In this document: positions 1 to 13,445 of the stretch, one piece after another
Layout of the letters: every line of letters begins with the position of its first letter
Numbering within the stretch: the first letter of the stretch is position 1
Origin: Octopus sinensis
Lineage: Eukaryota
Length of the DNA: 64,000 nucleotides
Assembly (NCBI RefSeq): GCF_006345805.1
Contig: NC_043011.1
Location: 45,954,464 to 46,018,463 of the forward strand
Reading direction: 5' to 3'
The notes under the pieces: model-generated
What the model saw: the letters and a program-made list of their open reading frames with translations, nothing else
What the model was told of the DNA's origin: nothing
The model's database searches: none
Translations under genes and position numbers: made by a program

Positions 1-159
1 TGACCATATAGAATTTCCCTCATTTACTGCTAATTCCAAAGATATGAATATCAGACAGAGGCTTTTTATCTATGTGCAAGTACACATCCTAGTCCCAACA
101 CTACAAGTCCCAAATGGCATGAAAGTAGACAGAAACATGCCCCTGCAAAGTTTATAAGA

Positions 160-660
160 AAGGAGCCTCTATACTAAAAAAAAAAAGAAAATTTCTTAAT
201 GCTCAAACCTTACTAGTTATGGCCAAAAGTTTGGAACTATATAGGTCTGAAAATAAATTTTTTTTTAAATGACCAAAGCAAATACAATCATTCATATACA
301 GATACTTGTGTAGTATACTTAAAATTAGATGGCCTGAACAAATAAGCAATATGGAGCTATGGCAAAGAATAAATGAAGTTTCAATTAGGGAGCAAATATT
401 TAAGAAAAAGTGGAAGTGGATTGGTAGCACAATTAGAAAAGACACCAAATGTAGCGAAAAGTACTTTACAGTGGAAACCGGATGGATATAGAAAGAAAGG
501 AAGGCCTAAGAACTCGTGGCAGAGATCAACACAAAAGGAACTAGAGAAAAGGGGACATTCATGGCAGAGTATAAGTATAGAAGCCAAAAATTATACGACA
601 TGGAATTCAACTATAAGTGGCCTATACTCTGCATTGGAGGGGTAAAGGCATAAAGAAGAA
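160..660 (+). mobile_element. Decayed RTE-clade LINE 3' end (C-terminal ORF region, frameshifted)
   Basis: Frames join to SLYTK...LL-YG...KQIQSFI...SILKIRWPEQISNMELWQR...KKKWKWIGSTIRK...LQWKPDGYRKKGRPKNSWQR...W...ISGLYS*, the typical RTE C-terminus; ends in an (AAAGAAG)-like tail. Confidence 0.85.
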
Positions 661-2453
661 AGAAAACCAAAGTTATATTTAATATATAAGTAACAATTGC
701 ATCACTTATTAGGTAAGTATATCTCTACATTGTATATATTTGAATTGAATTGTACTTGGGCATAACAATTTAAATCTTTTTTTTAAATGTTCCAAATTTT
801 TGGGCATTTCTGTATCTTAAAGAATGTGAAGACACATTAGAATAATGTAGTTGTAGATACATGAATTGATTATTTGCTGGAACAATTTTGATCATAGGTC
901 TGTGTGCTCCATCAGTGTTGGTGTAAGGTTAAACAACAACATCTATATTTCATACATGAGAAAAGTTGGACTAAGTTGTGTTATGAATGTTGAATATTTG
1001 CTTGTTGAAAAACCATATAGCCTTGTACTGGTGGACTTAAGTTATAGACATCACAGACTCTCTTGTTATTTGATTCAGAAATATAACAGCTCATGAAGGT
1101 TATTGTACTTATGATCATCACTAATTCCTCAGCTGTTGAGAATATCTATTAGATCTACACATTCTGCTATGTGCTCTATATCCTGGTTACATTAATCATG
1201 CAACTACTTTATTGTTCTGGACTGAAGTCACGATGTCTTGATAAGAACCAGCCAATGTACTCGCACTATATCCATACCCCAAATCGAAATGTCACTGATG
1301 CAAAATGGTTCCATTGATTTTAAAATTTCATTGTATTTTTTATCTTTTGCATATTTACGTATACAATTTTTGTAAACTGTTGAGAATAAAAGAAAAGCAA
1401 AAAAAAGAAAAAACTCATTATGCTAACTACACAAATGTCTGTGCTTGAATAACACAATTCTGTTTTCTATTTGCCATAACTAAACACCAGATTTGAATAT
1501 TTAATGAAAGTGAAAGGGCATTGTCAAGTTATCAAGTTGTATAAAGATCTCTTCACCTCATTCTTTAATGTATTTCCTATGATGTTATTACACATGACAA
1601 ATCAGTCTTGCCCTTTAGCACAGCACACCAACTAAGGCATAGAAATATTACATTCTCAGAGTTGAACTTATTAAGCACTTCTTTAAATTCATAAGAAGAA
1701 TCTATAAAAAAGATGCACAAGGCAAGTGAATACCATAAAGAAAGTGTCTCTCACACGCAGCTATTATAATAGTGTTAATAAATGCGGTAATAATAGAAAA
1801 TATATACAATCGGCAAAAAAATGGAGTACTTTGACAGGGAGGAATATTCTAAATTGCTATCTTCATTGATTTAAACTGATTGAGCCAACTACTTGTTTTT
1901 ATATATATGATTCTAAAAAATTGTACCCTTTGAAAAATAATATAAAGCTATAATAACCTCATCTTAAAATCTGAAAAATGTCATGAATATATGTATCTAA
2001 AATGTTTTGTGATCAAAATTTGTAATTTTTTTCAGCACTTGAGGAAAATTAGTTTTATCAAATTAATTTTTAATGAAAATGTTCAATGCTTATTCTCCTA
2101 GTAAACTAATCATTACATGCATCACCAATATTCTTTAGACCTATTGTTACTGGCAGAAAAGTCATCATTAGATATAACCCTCACATCTAATCTAATTTTT
2201 GTATGACTTAGAGACATTTACACTCATACCACTGATTACAAGTTACTATCTGTTAGGATCTTTACTAATTCCCAATATCTAACCTTTTACTCAACTACAA
2301 TAAAGCTATAAATGTGCCACGATTTGACTGGCTGCCAAGAATTCAGATGACTCTTTATTTGTCCAGCTGTATACTCAACTACTGTGTCTATATTGAAAGC
2401 TTATTTGTACAAGGAACAGTCAACAGGGAATATCTTCAGCTACATTCTAGATC

Positions 2454-2510
2454 AGTGGTTCTCAATCGGGGTCCATACAAGATTTTTGGGGGTCCACATA
2501 GCAAAATAGT
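2454..2510 (+). mobile_element. 5' end of a hAT/Charlie-like MITE, interrupted by a SINE
   Basis: Begins CAGTGGTTCTCAATCGGGGTCC, a Charlie-type TIR; no partner end seen. Confidence 0.5.
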
Positions 2511-2745
2511 TGTATGTGTGTGTGTGCATGTGTGTGTCTTTGTATCTGTTTGTTTACCACTACCACTTGATTACCAACGTTGGTACGTTTACATTCCTGC
2601 AACTTAGCAGTTTGGCAAAGGAAACTGATAGAATAAGTCCTAGGTTTAAAAAATAGACACTGGGGTTGATTCGTTCAACTAAAATTCTTCAAGACAGTGC
2701 TCCAGCGTGGCCACAGTCAAAATTACTGAAACAAGTAAAAGTTGA
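2510..2745 (+). mobile_element. SINE family A, diverged 3' half
   Basis: Matches the 3' half of the full copy at 16996-17402 (gatagaataagt...gtgctccagc.tggcc.cagtcaa...actgaaacaagtaaaag). Confidence 0.8.
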
Positions 2746-3546
2746 AAAATGCAAAAATGTACAAGTTGTATCTGTCTTCACTTTGATGGAAGACACACAG
2801 CTAATTGACTCGCGTCTCTTCTTTTGATCCCATCCACAGCTGCAATTTCTTTACTAATTCCCCGATATCTAGCCTTTTGCTTTAATGCAGCAAAGCAATA
2901 AATTTGTCACAGTTTGACTGACTTACAACAATTCAGATGATTGGTTATTTGTCAAGCTATATACTCAACCAATGTGTCTACATTGACAGCTTACTTAACT
3001 GAGAATATCTTCAGCCACATTCTAAAAGACACCTATTATAATTAGAAATTCAGGGACTAAAGAATAGGCTGTGACAAAAGGATGAATGAAAAAAAAAAAG
3101 CAATATGGATATATTTTATCAATGTCCTTCAAGTAGGTCAACTATGAGAGCCAAACATTGTTCTTAGTAGACAACGAAGATTTATTCAGTGGCAAAATAG
3201 ACTAGAACAGTAGGAAAACAGTTTGATTGATGAGTGTAGGATACATAATGTTATATCTATGACATGATCTATGTTCTGTGCATCTGGAACTTTAGCCATT
3301 CAAGTAATGTTCTTCATATCTTAGAAAGTGCGTGTATATGAAAGACAAGGACTTGCATATTTCCTTTATTATTATTATTATTATTATCATTATTTTTATT
3401 ATTATTATTATTATTGTCGTTGTTTTTTTTTTTTTTGTGCACTAACAACAGAAAAAAATATTGTTCAGTATTTACTTCGTTCTTAGGTGTGTAGGAATCA
3501 TATCCATATTATTAATATATTCAGGAAACTTTCCTTCTCAGTTATA

Positions 3547-3580
<34 letters not shown>

Positions 3581-3699
3581 ACACTACCCATATTTGTCCT
3601 TCCCTCCCTCCCTCTCTCTTTCTTTTAGTGCATTATCTACTAAAGGATAAAAAAAAAATCTCCCCTCTTTGCTATGCAACTTGTACATTTTTGTATTTT

Positions 3700-3935
3700 T
3701 CAACTTTTACTTGTTTCAGTAATTTTGACTGTGGCCACGCTGGAGCACTGTCTTGAAGAATTTTAGTTGAACGAATCAACCCCAGTGTCTATTTTTTAAA
3801 CCTAGGACTTATTCTATCAGTTTCCTTTGCCGAACTGCTAAGTTGCAGGAATGTAAACGTACCAACGTTGGTTATCAAGTGGTAGTGGTAGACAAACAGA
3901 TACAAAGACACACACACATGCACACGCACATACAA
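3700..3935 (-). mobile_element. SINE family A 3' half, inverted near-identical copy of 2510-2745
   Basis: Reverse complement matches 2496-2771 with about 6 mismatches in about 276 bp. Confidence 0.85.
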
Positions 3936-4290
3936 CTATTTTGCTATGTACTTTGTATCTGTTAGCTGGTAGCATGGTAGATTGTAGTGTTAAATGATAG
4001 TATGGTAGTTAGTATTGTTATGAGTGAAATGAATGAACAATGTTATGTTCAGCAATCATTTAAAAAAACTCGAAAAATTATACACTTGATGAACAGAATA
4101 GTCGTCTCTTTGTTCCTAAACATTGGAAATTTAAATCGTTTCTGACACTCTGTTTCTGTTTGTCCATCTGTCTTTCCCTCTCCTTCCCTCCTGTCTCTCC
4201 ACAAGCACATCATACCTGTCATGTAAACAAAATGGAGTGAAAAAGTGGAGGCAACAATTACAATTAATTACATATAAATTACATATTTAC

Positions 4291-4740
4291 ATATATTTAC
4301 ATACAATTTAAATGTATGTGTGTGTGTATATATATATATATATTATATATATATATATACACACACACATTTAAATTGTATGTAAATATATATAAGTAGT
4401 ATCTATATATATATATATATAAATATATATGGTTTTATATATATATATATATATATAAAAGTATATGTGTATGTATATAATTTTTTACATGTATATATGT
4501 GTATACATGCATGTATGTGTGTGTGTGTGTGCGTCTGATTATGCATGTGTATATGTATGCTTATATATGTGTGTATATATATACATATATATGTGTGTGT
4601 ATGTGTATATGTATGTATATATCTATGTGTATATATGTGTGTATGTATATGTATTCATTTATATGTTTATATACGCACATAACATATACAAGAATGAATA
4701 TAAGTACATACATACACGTATGTATATACAGACATGTATA
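4291..4740. repeat. Compound (TA)n/(TG)n microsatellite with a foldback palindrome at 4291-4391
   Basis: Direct reading; the 4465/4499 ORFs are YI/CV artefacts. Confidence 0.9.
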
Positions 4741-5623
4741 AAACTAGGAAATTGTATTTAACTATTTCAAGTCTCCTGTATCTATCTGTACAAATAATAA
4801 TAATAATAATAAGAAGAAGAAGAATAGTAAAGAAAAACAACTATAATATGAGCTATTGTAATAGTAAATTCCATGGGCAATGAGTAAAAATTGAAGAGAA
4901 GAAATATTAGAAAACTTATTAAGGAAAATAAACTTGAATATATTTGTATTCAAGTGATGCAATTACATCAATATTAGTGGCTGCTTCTATTGCCTTGAAC
5001 AATTTCTCAAATTGAATTTTATATTTTGAGCACATTACAACCTTTTGCTTAATGTCTAGATATGAAATAAAGCTTGAAATATCTTCTTTTTGTTGTTATC
5101 GCATTGTAATCGCTGTCATCCTCATTGCTGCCACTCCACCCAACATATGAGTTATATAAATCTTGAATGTTATCTACTGAACTATTCACACACCCTTCTA
5201 TTTTCAGTATATTTTAGAAAAATACTATTAATGTTATTAAGAAAGGTGATAACTTGAAGACAATGAATGCTACAATAAATCTGTGAAAAAGTGTATTCAC
5301 AGTGGATTCCTCTTGTTTCAAAACACAAAACATCTGCCAAGTTATTAAAATAATCACTTATAAAGATTACTTTCATTATTTAAAATCACAAACAGAAAAC
5401 TATACTAAGGAAACCATTTCAAAAGCTATGCTGTTGCCTTTGATAACATTGGAACTTACAATAAAATATGTCACTGCTGTTTTTTTAAAGGAAGCATCGT
5501 ATTTTTGATATTTAATGATAAATAAATTCTAATCCAAGATTTCTGAAATGCAATCTAGCTTTAAGAAGAAACATAATTTTCAATCACTTGCTATGCGAGT
5601 ACATCTCCGTAATAATTTTCAAT

Positions 5624-6014
5624 GGGAGCGGGAAGCACTCCGTCGGTTACGACGATGAGGGTTCCGGTTGATCCGAATCAACGGAACAGCCTGCTCGGGA
5701 AATTAACGTGTAAGTGGCTGAGCACTCCACAGACACATGTACCCTTAACGTAGTTCTTGGGGATATTCAGCATGACACAGAGAGTGACAAGGCCGGCCCT
5801 TTGAAATACAGGTACAACAGAAACAGGAAGTAAGAGTGAGAGAAAGTTGTGGTGAAAGAGTACAGCAGGGATCACCATCATCCCCTGCCGGAGCCTCGTG
5901 GAGCTTTAGGTGTTTTCGCTCAATAAACACACACAACACCCGGTCTGGGAATTGAAACCGCGATCCTATGACCGCGAGTCCGCTGCCATAACCACTGGGC
6001 CATTGCGCCTCCAC
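5624..6014 (-). mobile_element. tRNA-derived SINE family B, full length
   Basis: Minus-strand head GTGGAGGCGCAATGGCCCAGTGGTTA...GGTTTCAATTCCC (A/B box-like); TSD ATAATTTTCAAT at 5612-5623 and 6017-6028. Confidence 0.9.
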
Positions 6015-6614
6015 TTATAATTTTCAATACAAATATTTAAAAAGAAAGTGTAGCTAAAAATTATATTTTCTATTATATCAGATTTAAAAAAGGATATAAT
6101 ATTATCAGTGAAAAAATGCTTTAACCTTTCATACATTCCTGCTTGGTATTTATCTTGGTGTATAATGACGATTTGAATATATATGTGTGAGTTTCTCTTT
6201 CATCTCAAATTAAGCATATTCTTGACTATGTAGCCACAATGGGTTTGCCTGTTTTAGGATTAGTTGTTTCTGAACATAACAGACAAATATTTCATATGGT
6301 AATGAAAGGATATTAATATATCAGTTGATTAGTGTTATACAAAGACAGAGAAGTGAAGGATCAAAATTTGGGGTTTCTATAGGCAAGGCTAAAATTGATC
6401 AAAATGAGCCGAGCTGTAATCATTGCCTTCCCACGCATACAAATAGTAATTTTGGTAAAGATCAAGCATTGGGCCTCACAAAGGGGATGACAGGGGACTG
6501 AGGCTCCTGGCAGTCTGCTGTACTTGAGAAGACACATCATGTAAAATCATGGTAGTCCTTACATACAGGCATGTCCCCTGCATCCCTCTTCAGCTGATCT
6601 TATGGGCTCATGGG

Positions 6615-7078
6615 TGCCACATAAAAAGCGCCTGGACAAGTATAAAAATACCCTGCCAGTGCTGCATAAAGCACCCAGGACATATTTATTTCTTTATTAC
6701 CCACAGGGGGCTAAACATAGAGGGGACAAATAAAGAATGACAAAGGGGTTAAGTCGATTACATTGACCCCAGTGCATAACTGGTACTTATTTAAACGACC
6801 CCGAAAGGATGATAGGCAAAGTTGACCTCAGTGGAATTTGAACTCAGAACGTGATGGCAGACGAAATACTGCTAAGCATTTCACCTGGTGTGCTAATGAT
6901 TCTGCCAGCTCACACCCAGGACATATTGCAAAGTGGATGGCGTTAGGAAGGGCATCCAGCCATAGAAACCATGCCAAAATAGACATGGAACCTGGGCAGC
7001 TCTTCATCTGGCAGACTGGCTCCTGGCAAACCATCCAACACATGCCAGCATGGAAAACAGACATTAAAACGAAAAGAA
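6615..7078 (+). mobile_element. SINE-like family D (RTE-type tail), split by a family C SINE
   Basis: gtgccacataaaaagc...ggcgttaggaagggcatccagc...atgccagcatggaaaacagacattaaa. Confidence 0.7.
6687..6912 (-). mobile_element. tRNA-derived SINE family C inserted in family D
   Basis: Central ctttgcct.tcatcctttcggggtcg domain; 15-bp TSD CACCCAGGACATATT at 6672-6686 and 6913-6927. Confidence 0.9.
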
Positions 7079-8865
7079 GGAAAAGATACGTATTGGAAAT
7101 AGCTGCAAGGAAAAAGATATTCTAAATTTAAGTGATGTTGCTGATTATTCGTTTGTGTTTCCTCTTCTGCCTGAATAAACAAGCTGCTTCAGTAGCTTGA
7201 AGTATCAAAGAGGAACAGCTGTACAACGAAGCTTTTTGAAAATAAAGGAACTCATCAATGCTTCATCATAGGTGAAATGTTCTATCTTCTTAACAAATAA
7301 TGTCACTATCAATTGAAAGGAATTAATCCATTGAACTGTGTTCAGTTCAATATTAGACTCCATGCATGCAACAAGCAGTTTTGCTACCGCTTTATAATTA
7401 TAAGGAATATTATTAATAAGTGATAGCATGGAAGAGATAAACCACTTTAATTTACAATATAACTATGCACACATAGATACATGTATATATATATATGTGT
7501 ATATGTGCATGCATACTCTCTATTACAAGGAATCCAGTTATGTAAACTGCAATGGCAAACACACCACGAGATGTGTGCAATTGTGCTGAAGATGACCTTG
7601 TTTTGTATATGGATGAGTGCGGGAAAAGATTAAGGTCAAAAATATTCACAGAAAACAAAATAGAAAAATCTGTTTCCCAAACAATTAATCTACGTTTACG
7701 TCTTCATTGATACATATCCATGCATACACACACACAAGGCTGTGGGTGTGGTTGTTTGGTTAAAGTGTCAGGCTGCTGACAATTTTCTTACAGTGAATAT
7801 GTTATGCTTCCAACTAAGATGAAATTTAAAACGACGAAGGTAATCCACCACAGATTGTAATTTAGTAGTAATGACAGATGAAGGTAGCTTAATCAGAGAG
7901 TCATGGTGCTTAGATGAAATGATGCGGGCTTGATAAAGATAGAATGATGCCATATTCCTTATGAACAAGAAAAGTAGATTTTGAAATAATGATGATAATG
8001 CAGTGGAGGAAGATCAGTATTTTCATTTTTTTTTGTTTTTTTTTTGTGATATAACTATGAATTTGTTTTGTATTTCGATAAAATAGTTTGTTTGGAAGAG
8101 GCAATTTATTTTATCAATAATAAAAGTAAATGTAGCACTCTTGGTCTTTGTGACATGTCTCAGAGGGTATTAAAGATAGGTAGCAGATGGGACTTTTTGC
8201 TTTGAAAATCATTGGAAGTAAAATTCAATTATAGTTACTTCTATTTTTCCAATAGAAAAGAAAGAAAATAATTCCAGGAAAAAAAAAGCAAAGAAAACAA
8301 GTATTAAAAACACTCAAGTATTTTGAAAATACATAACCATAAGGAATTTTCATAAATTAGACATTTATGCTTATAGGAAAATCTATATTGTAAATATAAT
8401 GATTGAAAGTTGTTTTTGTATGAGATGTAATTGTATGGAGAGATGGTAAAAGAGAGAATTATGAAAGTAAATATTTTCCAAGTGATATTTCAATAGAGCT
8501 GGCACACCATTTAGGGCAATTCAATATTTAAACAGATTAGACAGTAATTTATTATTTCCTTTGTGAAACAAAAATTTAATATTTGCTGAAATGGCACCCC
8601 ATCAGATAATAGCAAAGATGTTTAGATATTTCAGATTTATAGCATGTTCGATCCCATCTGTGGTGGATGATAGCAGTTTCTGATATGAGGAAGATGTTGT
8701 TTTAGGGCAACCTTATGTCTACAGATAGAGAATGTGTGATGAATGTCTGAGAAAGCAGAAAACTGGGTTCTGAGTTTAAATCCCACAAAAGTGAACATTA
8801 AATTGTTGTCTATTTAGAATATAACTTAATAGTTAGATATATAACTAAATAAATAAACACAATTG

Positions 8866-8883
8866 CATCGGTTGAGGGGACAA

Positions 8884-8932
<49 letters not shown>

Positions 8933-8937
8933 TATAC

Positions 8938-8982
<45 letters not shown>

Positions 8983-9177
8983 TATATATATATATATATA
9001 TGTATACATATATACAATGGGCTTCTTTCAGTTTCCATCTACCAAATCCACTCACAAGGCTTTCGTTGGCCCGAGGCTATAGTAGAAGACACTTGCCCAA
9101 GGTGCCACGCAGTGGGACTGAACTCAGAACCATGTGATTGGTAAGCAAGCTACTTACCACACTGCCACTCCTGTGCC
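8866..9177 (-). mobile_element. SINE family A (head, CORE-like domain and expanded TA tract)
   Basis: Minus strand ggcacaggagtggcagtgtggtaag...ggcaccttgggcaagtgtcttc; the ccttgggcaagt block resembles the CORE-SINE domain. Confidence 0.85.
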
Positions 9178-9974
9178 TATTGTCTTTGAAAATACATGAT
9201 TCCTATTTTCTTTTGTCATCATTATCCATGCATCATTTCTGTGTTTTCTCTTCCACAAGAGCAAGAATTGGATAAGATTTTTTTGAACCATTGTCTTTAA
9301 CAAAAAAGGTTGGCTACCAGAATATTGTACTTTCTTAAACAAACAGGGATATATCATCACCATCATCATCATCATCATCATCTAAAATCCGTTTTCCATG
9401 CTGACATGGGTTGTACTGTTTGACCAGATATGGTGAGTTGGTATGCCACATCAAAATCCAGGATAACTTTACCATGTTTACTAGGGGGAGGGGAGTAAAT
9501 GTTATTTTTTGGGGTTATTTTTTTTTACTTTTAATGCTTCAATATTCTTTCTTTTTTTTTTTTTAGCAAATTTGCACATTTCTCAATTATCAAAACATTT
9601 GTTTTAACAATATGATGGCTTTCATATTCTTCTACTGGTAAACTGCAAGGTGAGAAAGGAACCTGGAGTCAATAAGCCTAACATATAAATGGTTTGGTGT
9701 TTTGTGAGGGCTTTATAGTAGTAAGTTTTAACTTATATTCAAGTGATCAATAATATAATAACCTTGGGGGATCAATAACCCAGTAACCTCATGATCAATA
9801 TTAAAACCTTCTTTTCAGTATTCCTATATTGCATTAGTTGAGGATATTTGAAATAATAATAGCTACTTTTAATTTTCACATTCACTCAAAATTCTACTTG
9901 TTGTTACAGAATGTATCCTCCTCCTCCCCTCCTTCTTCTTCTTCTTATCATTATTATTATTGTTGTTGTTATGA

Positions 9975-10168
9975 ATGTGGTGAGCTGGTAGAATTGTTAG
10001 CATGTTAAGCAAAATTCTTAATGGCATTTCATCTGTTGCTATGTTCTGATTTTAAATCCTGCTGAGGTCAGCTTTGCCTTTCATCCTTTGGGGGGGGGGG
10101 TCAATAAAATAAGTACTAGTTGAACACTGAGTTTTGATGCAATTAACTTATTTCCTCTGCCAAAATTA
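9975..10168 (+). mobile_element. SINE family C
   Basis: ggtgagctggtagaattgttagc...ctttgcctttcatcctttgggg...aagtactagtt. Confidence 0.75.
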
Positions 10169-10169
10169 C

Positions 10170-10405
10170 TGAGCACTCCACAGACACATGTACCCTTAAT
10201 GTAGTTCTCAGGGGGATTCAGCTTGACATAGTATGTGACAAGGCTGGCCCTTTGAAATAAAGGTACTGCTCATTTTTGCCAGCTGAGTGGACTGGAACAA
10301 CATGAAGTAGAGTGTCTTGCTCAAGGACACGATGCATTGCTGGGAATTGAACTCATTGAACTCATGACCTTACAATTGGGAGCCAAATTCCCTAACCACT
10401 AAGCC
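10170..10405 (-). mobile_element. SINE family B variant, partial
   Basis: gagcactccacagacacatgtaccc...ctcaaggacac...ctaaccactaagcc. Confidence 0.75.
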
Positions 10406-11329
10406 ACAAAGCTTCAAAATATAGGAACTAAGCCTGAAATTTTGAACATGGAAGTCAGCTGATTGCATAACCCCCAGTATTTGGCTGATATTTTGTTTTG
10501 TCAACTCTAAAAGGATAAAAGGGAGATGTGATATCAAAAGGATGTGAACTGAAAATGTAAAGAGCAAGACATCATGTCTAACTGTAATATTTCTGCCAAT
10601 TCACCGTTTAATAGTTAAATTAATATTAGAATATATTTGATGGAGTGAGAAGTAATTTTACAATAATGAAAAAATGACACTAGTTCCAATAATTAATATT
10701 ACTTTAATCATTTCAGCAAATACGGGAGGTAACTGTAGATGTGTTTCAGTATTATTAAACCTTCTCAGAGAAACACATTCATCATCATATTTGTTAGTGA
10801 TGAAAAAAACAACAGACCAAAAGACATTCTAGTATTCATTGGTGGAATATTTACTATTGAAAAATCCATTAGGCTTCATGGGGGAAGCGTAATATGATAA
10901 GCAGAGATGGAGAGAAATTACTATTCTATCAATAAATCATAAAACATAAATATTGAATAAATATTGAAAAAATATTGTGGCAGATAAAGATGGATTTCAA
11001 TAACAAAATTGTAAACATCTACGCTGCATTTTTTCTCTCAATAAAAGTTTACAAATCTTTAATCAGCAGAAGGTACAAGATGCCACATTCACGTGGAATG
11101 TGTGAACTGCATTCAACTAATAATCTGGTTTGTTACCTGTGAAAGATTACAGTCTATTCACAGTGGAAATATCATAAAATACATTCCAAACTTAAAATTC
11201 TCATATATGATGACTATCATCATTTGCTTGAATGTTGCAATGGAATATAAGGAATTTATAAATCATATTGTATATGTAGGTGTGTGCATAACTGCACATA
11301 TTTCTTCATGATATGAAAAATTGATATAT

Positions 11330-11674
11330 ATATATATGTATGGGTGCATATTATTGTGCAGTCAAGCAGTTTGTTTCACATCCATATGGCTCAGGTGTAA
11401 CACGTGTTCTATCACACAAACAAACACACACGTATGTATGTGTATGTGTGTGTAAGGGTGGCTTGAAAGCAATTTTTCAACTGAAATTCAAGAATATATA
11501 CGTGTTGACTAGTGCCCTCGGTTGCTTTAGTGACATATATATGTATGTACATATATGTATGTATGTATATATACATATATGTATGTATATATACTTATGC
11601 ATGTTTATATATATGTATATATATATATATGTACATATGTATGTATATAAATATATATATGTATGTATATAATA

Positions 11675-11707
<33 letters not shown>

Positions 11708-11825
11708 GTATATATATATATATATGTACATATGTATGTATATCTATATGCATGTATATAAATGTGTGTATATACACATATATATATACACACACACATA
11801 TATATATATATATAATATATATATA

Positions 11826-11880
<55 letters not shown>

Positions 11881-12121
11881 GTAATTTTTAGAATAATATT
11901 TATTATAATATATCTCAATTGATTTAATATAGTTATTATCTTTCACTATCAATTGAACTACTTAATAGTGGTTATTTCTCTTAATTATATACATATGTAT
12001 ATAGACATTTGTATATATATATATGTATATACATGTGTATGTATATGTACACACACATATATATATATATATATGTACATATGTATGTATATAAATATAT
12101 ATATGTATATATATATATATA

Positions 12122-12153
<32 letters not shown>

Positions 12154-12285
12154 GTATATATATATATATGTACATATGTATGTATATCTATATGCATGTA
12201 TATAAATGTGTGTATATACACATATATATATACACACACACATATATATATATATATAATATATATATATGTATATATGTATGTG

Positions 12286-12330
<45 letters not shown>

Positions 12331-12530
12331 ATTTTTAGAATAATATTTATTATAATATATCTCAATTGATTTAATATAGTTATTATCTTTCACTATCAAT
12401 TGAACTACTTAATAGTGGTTATTTCTCTTAATTATATACATATGTATATAGACATTTGTATATATATATATGTATATACATGTATATGTATATGTACACA
12501 CACATATATATATATATATGTTGGTATATG

Positions 12531-12579
<49 letters not shown>

Positions 12580-12680
12580 GTATGTATATACATATATGTA
12601 TGTATATATATGTATATATAGATACATATATGTGTGTATATATATATATATTTACACACATTCACAGATATATACATATA
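11330..12680. repeat. Compound TA/TG microsatellite containing a ~447-bp tandem duplication
   Basis: Unique spacer gtaatttttagaataat...cttaattatatac occurs at 11881 and 12328. Confidence 0.9.
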
Positions 12681-13409
12681 CTTGTTTGCATGTTAGCGTT
12701 TACGTTGTGTTTCATTAGGTCAACAAATACAGATTAACAAACAAAATCAAATACCAGCAATAAGTACTATGTCCAGGCATTGCTACAGTTCAATGACTAC
12801 ACTACTTAAAGAATAAAAGAACAGTTTACATGTATATTATTGTGACTATATATACTGTAAGGTGTTATGCAGATTTATGTCGATGAAGTAAAAACGCATG
12901 TATACGTATAGATATATGTGAGTGTTGCATGCACATGCTGGGATGAAATCAAAAGCAAGTTATCAGCTGATATTGTCTGATACAGATAGACAATTTACAC
13001 TAGTTTCTTATCAACAGACTAGCAGCTGTTAAATAGAGAAGCTGTATGTCTTTTCAGTTCACTTAACTACAAGCGTTATGCTTGTATAAATATATTAAAG
13101 GTGCTAGAAGTTATCAGGCTATCATTAAATTATGATAGATCACAGAGAAAAACAAGGATATATAACTAGTGATATTTATCAGTTAATTATAGTGAACAGC
13201 AGTGTTCAAGACATCCCTGTATGCTGGAGATTTACTATGATATTAATACCACTGTTATCTGATATAAAATCATAAATCTATTTCTCATTTTCAATGTTAG
13301 ATTATATCTATATCTCATGTTTACATAAACACATTTCTGACTCTCCCACTATTATAAACTCTACCGTCCATACACACACGCCCTCCCTTTTTCTCATATA
13401 CATGTGAAA

Positions 13410-13445
<36 letters not shown>

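Noticed and set aside
11340-12737. Many 60-145 aa ORFs rich in Y/I/C/V/H/T (also at 4465, 8810, 18957, 20303, 54324)
   Set aside because: Stop-free translations of (TA)n/(TG)n/(ATCT)n microsatellites.
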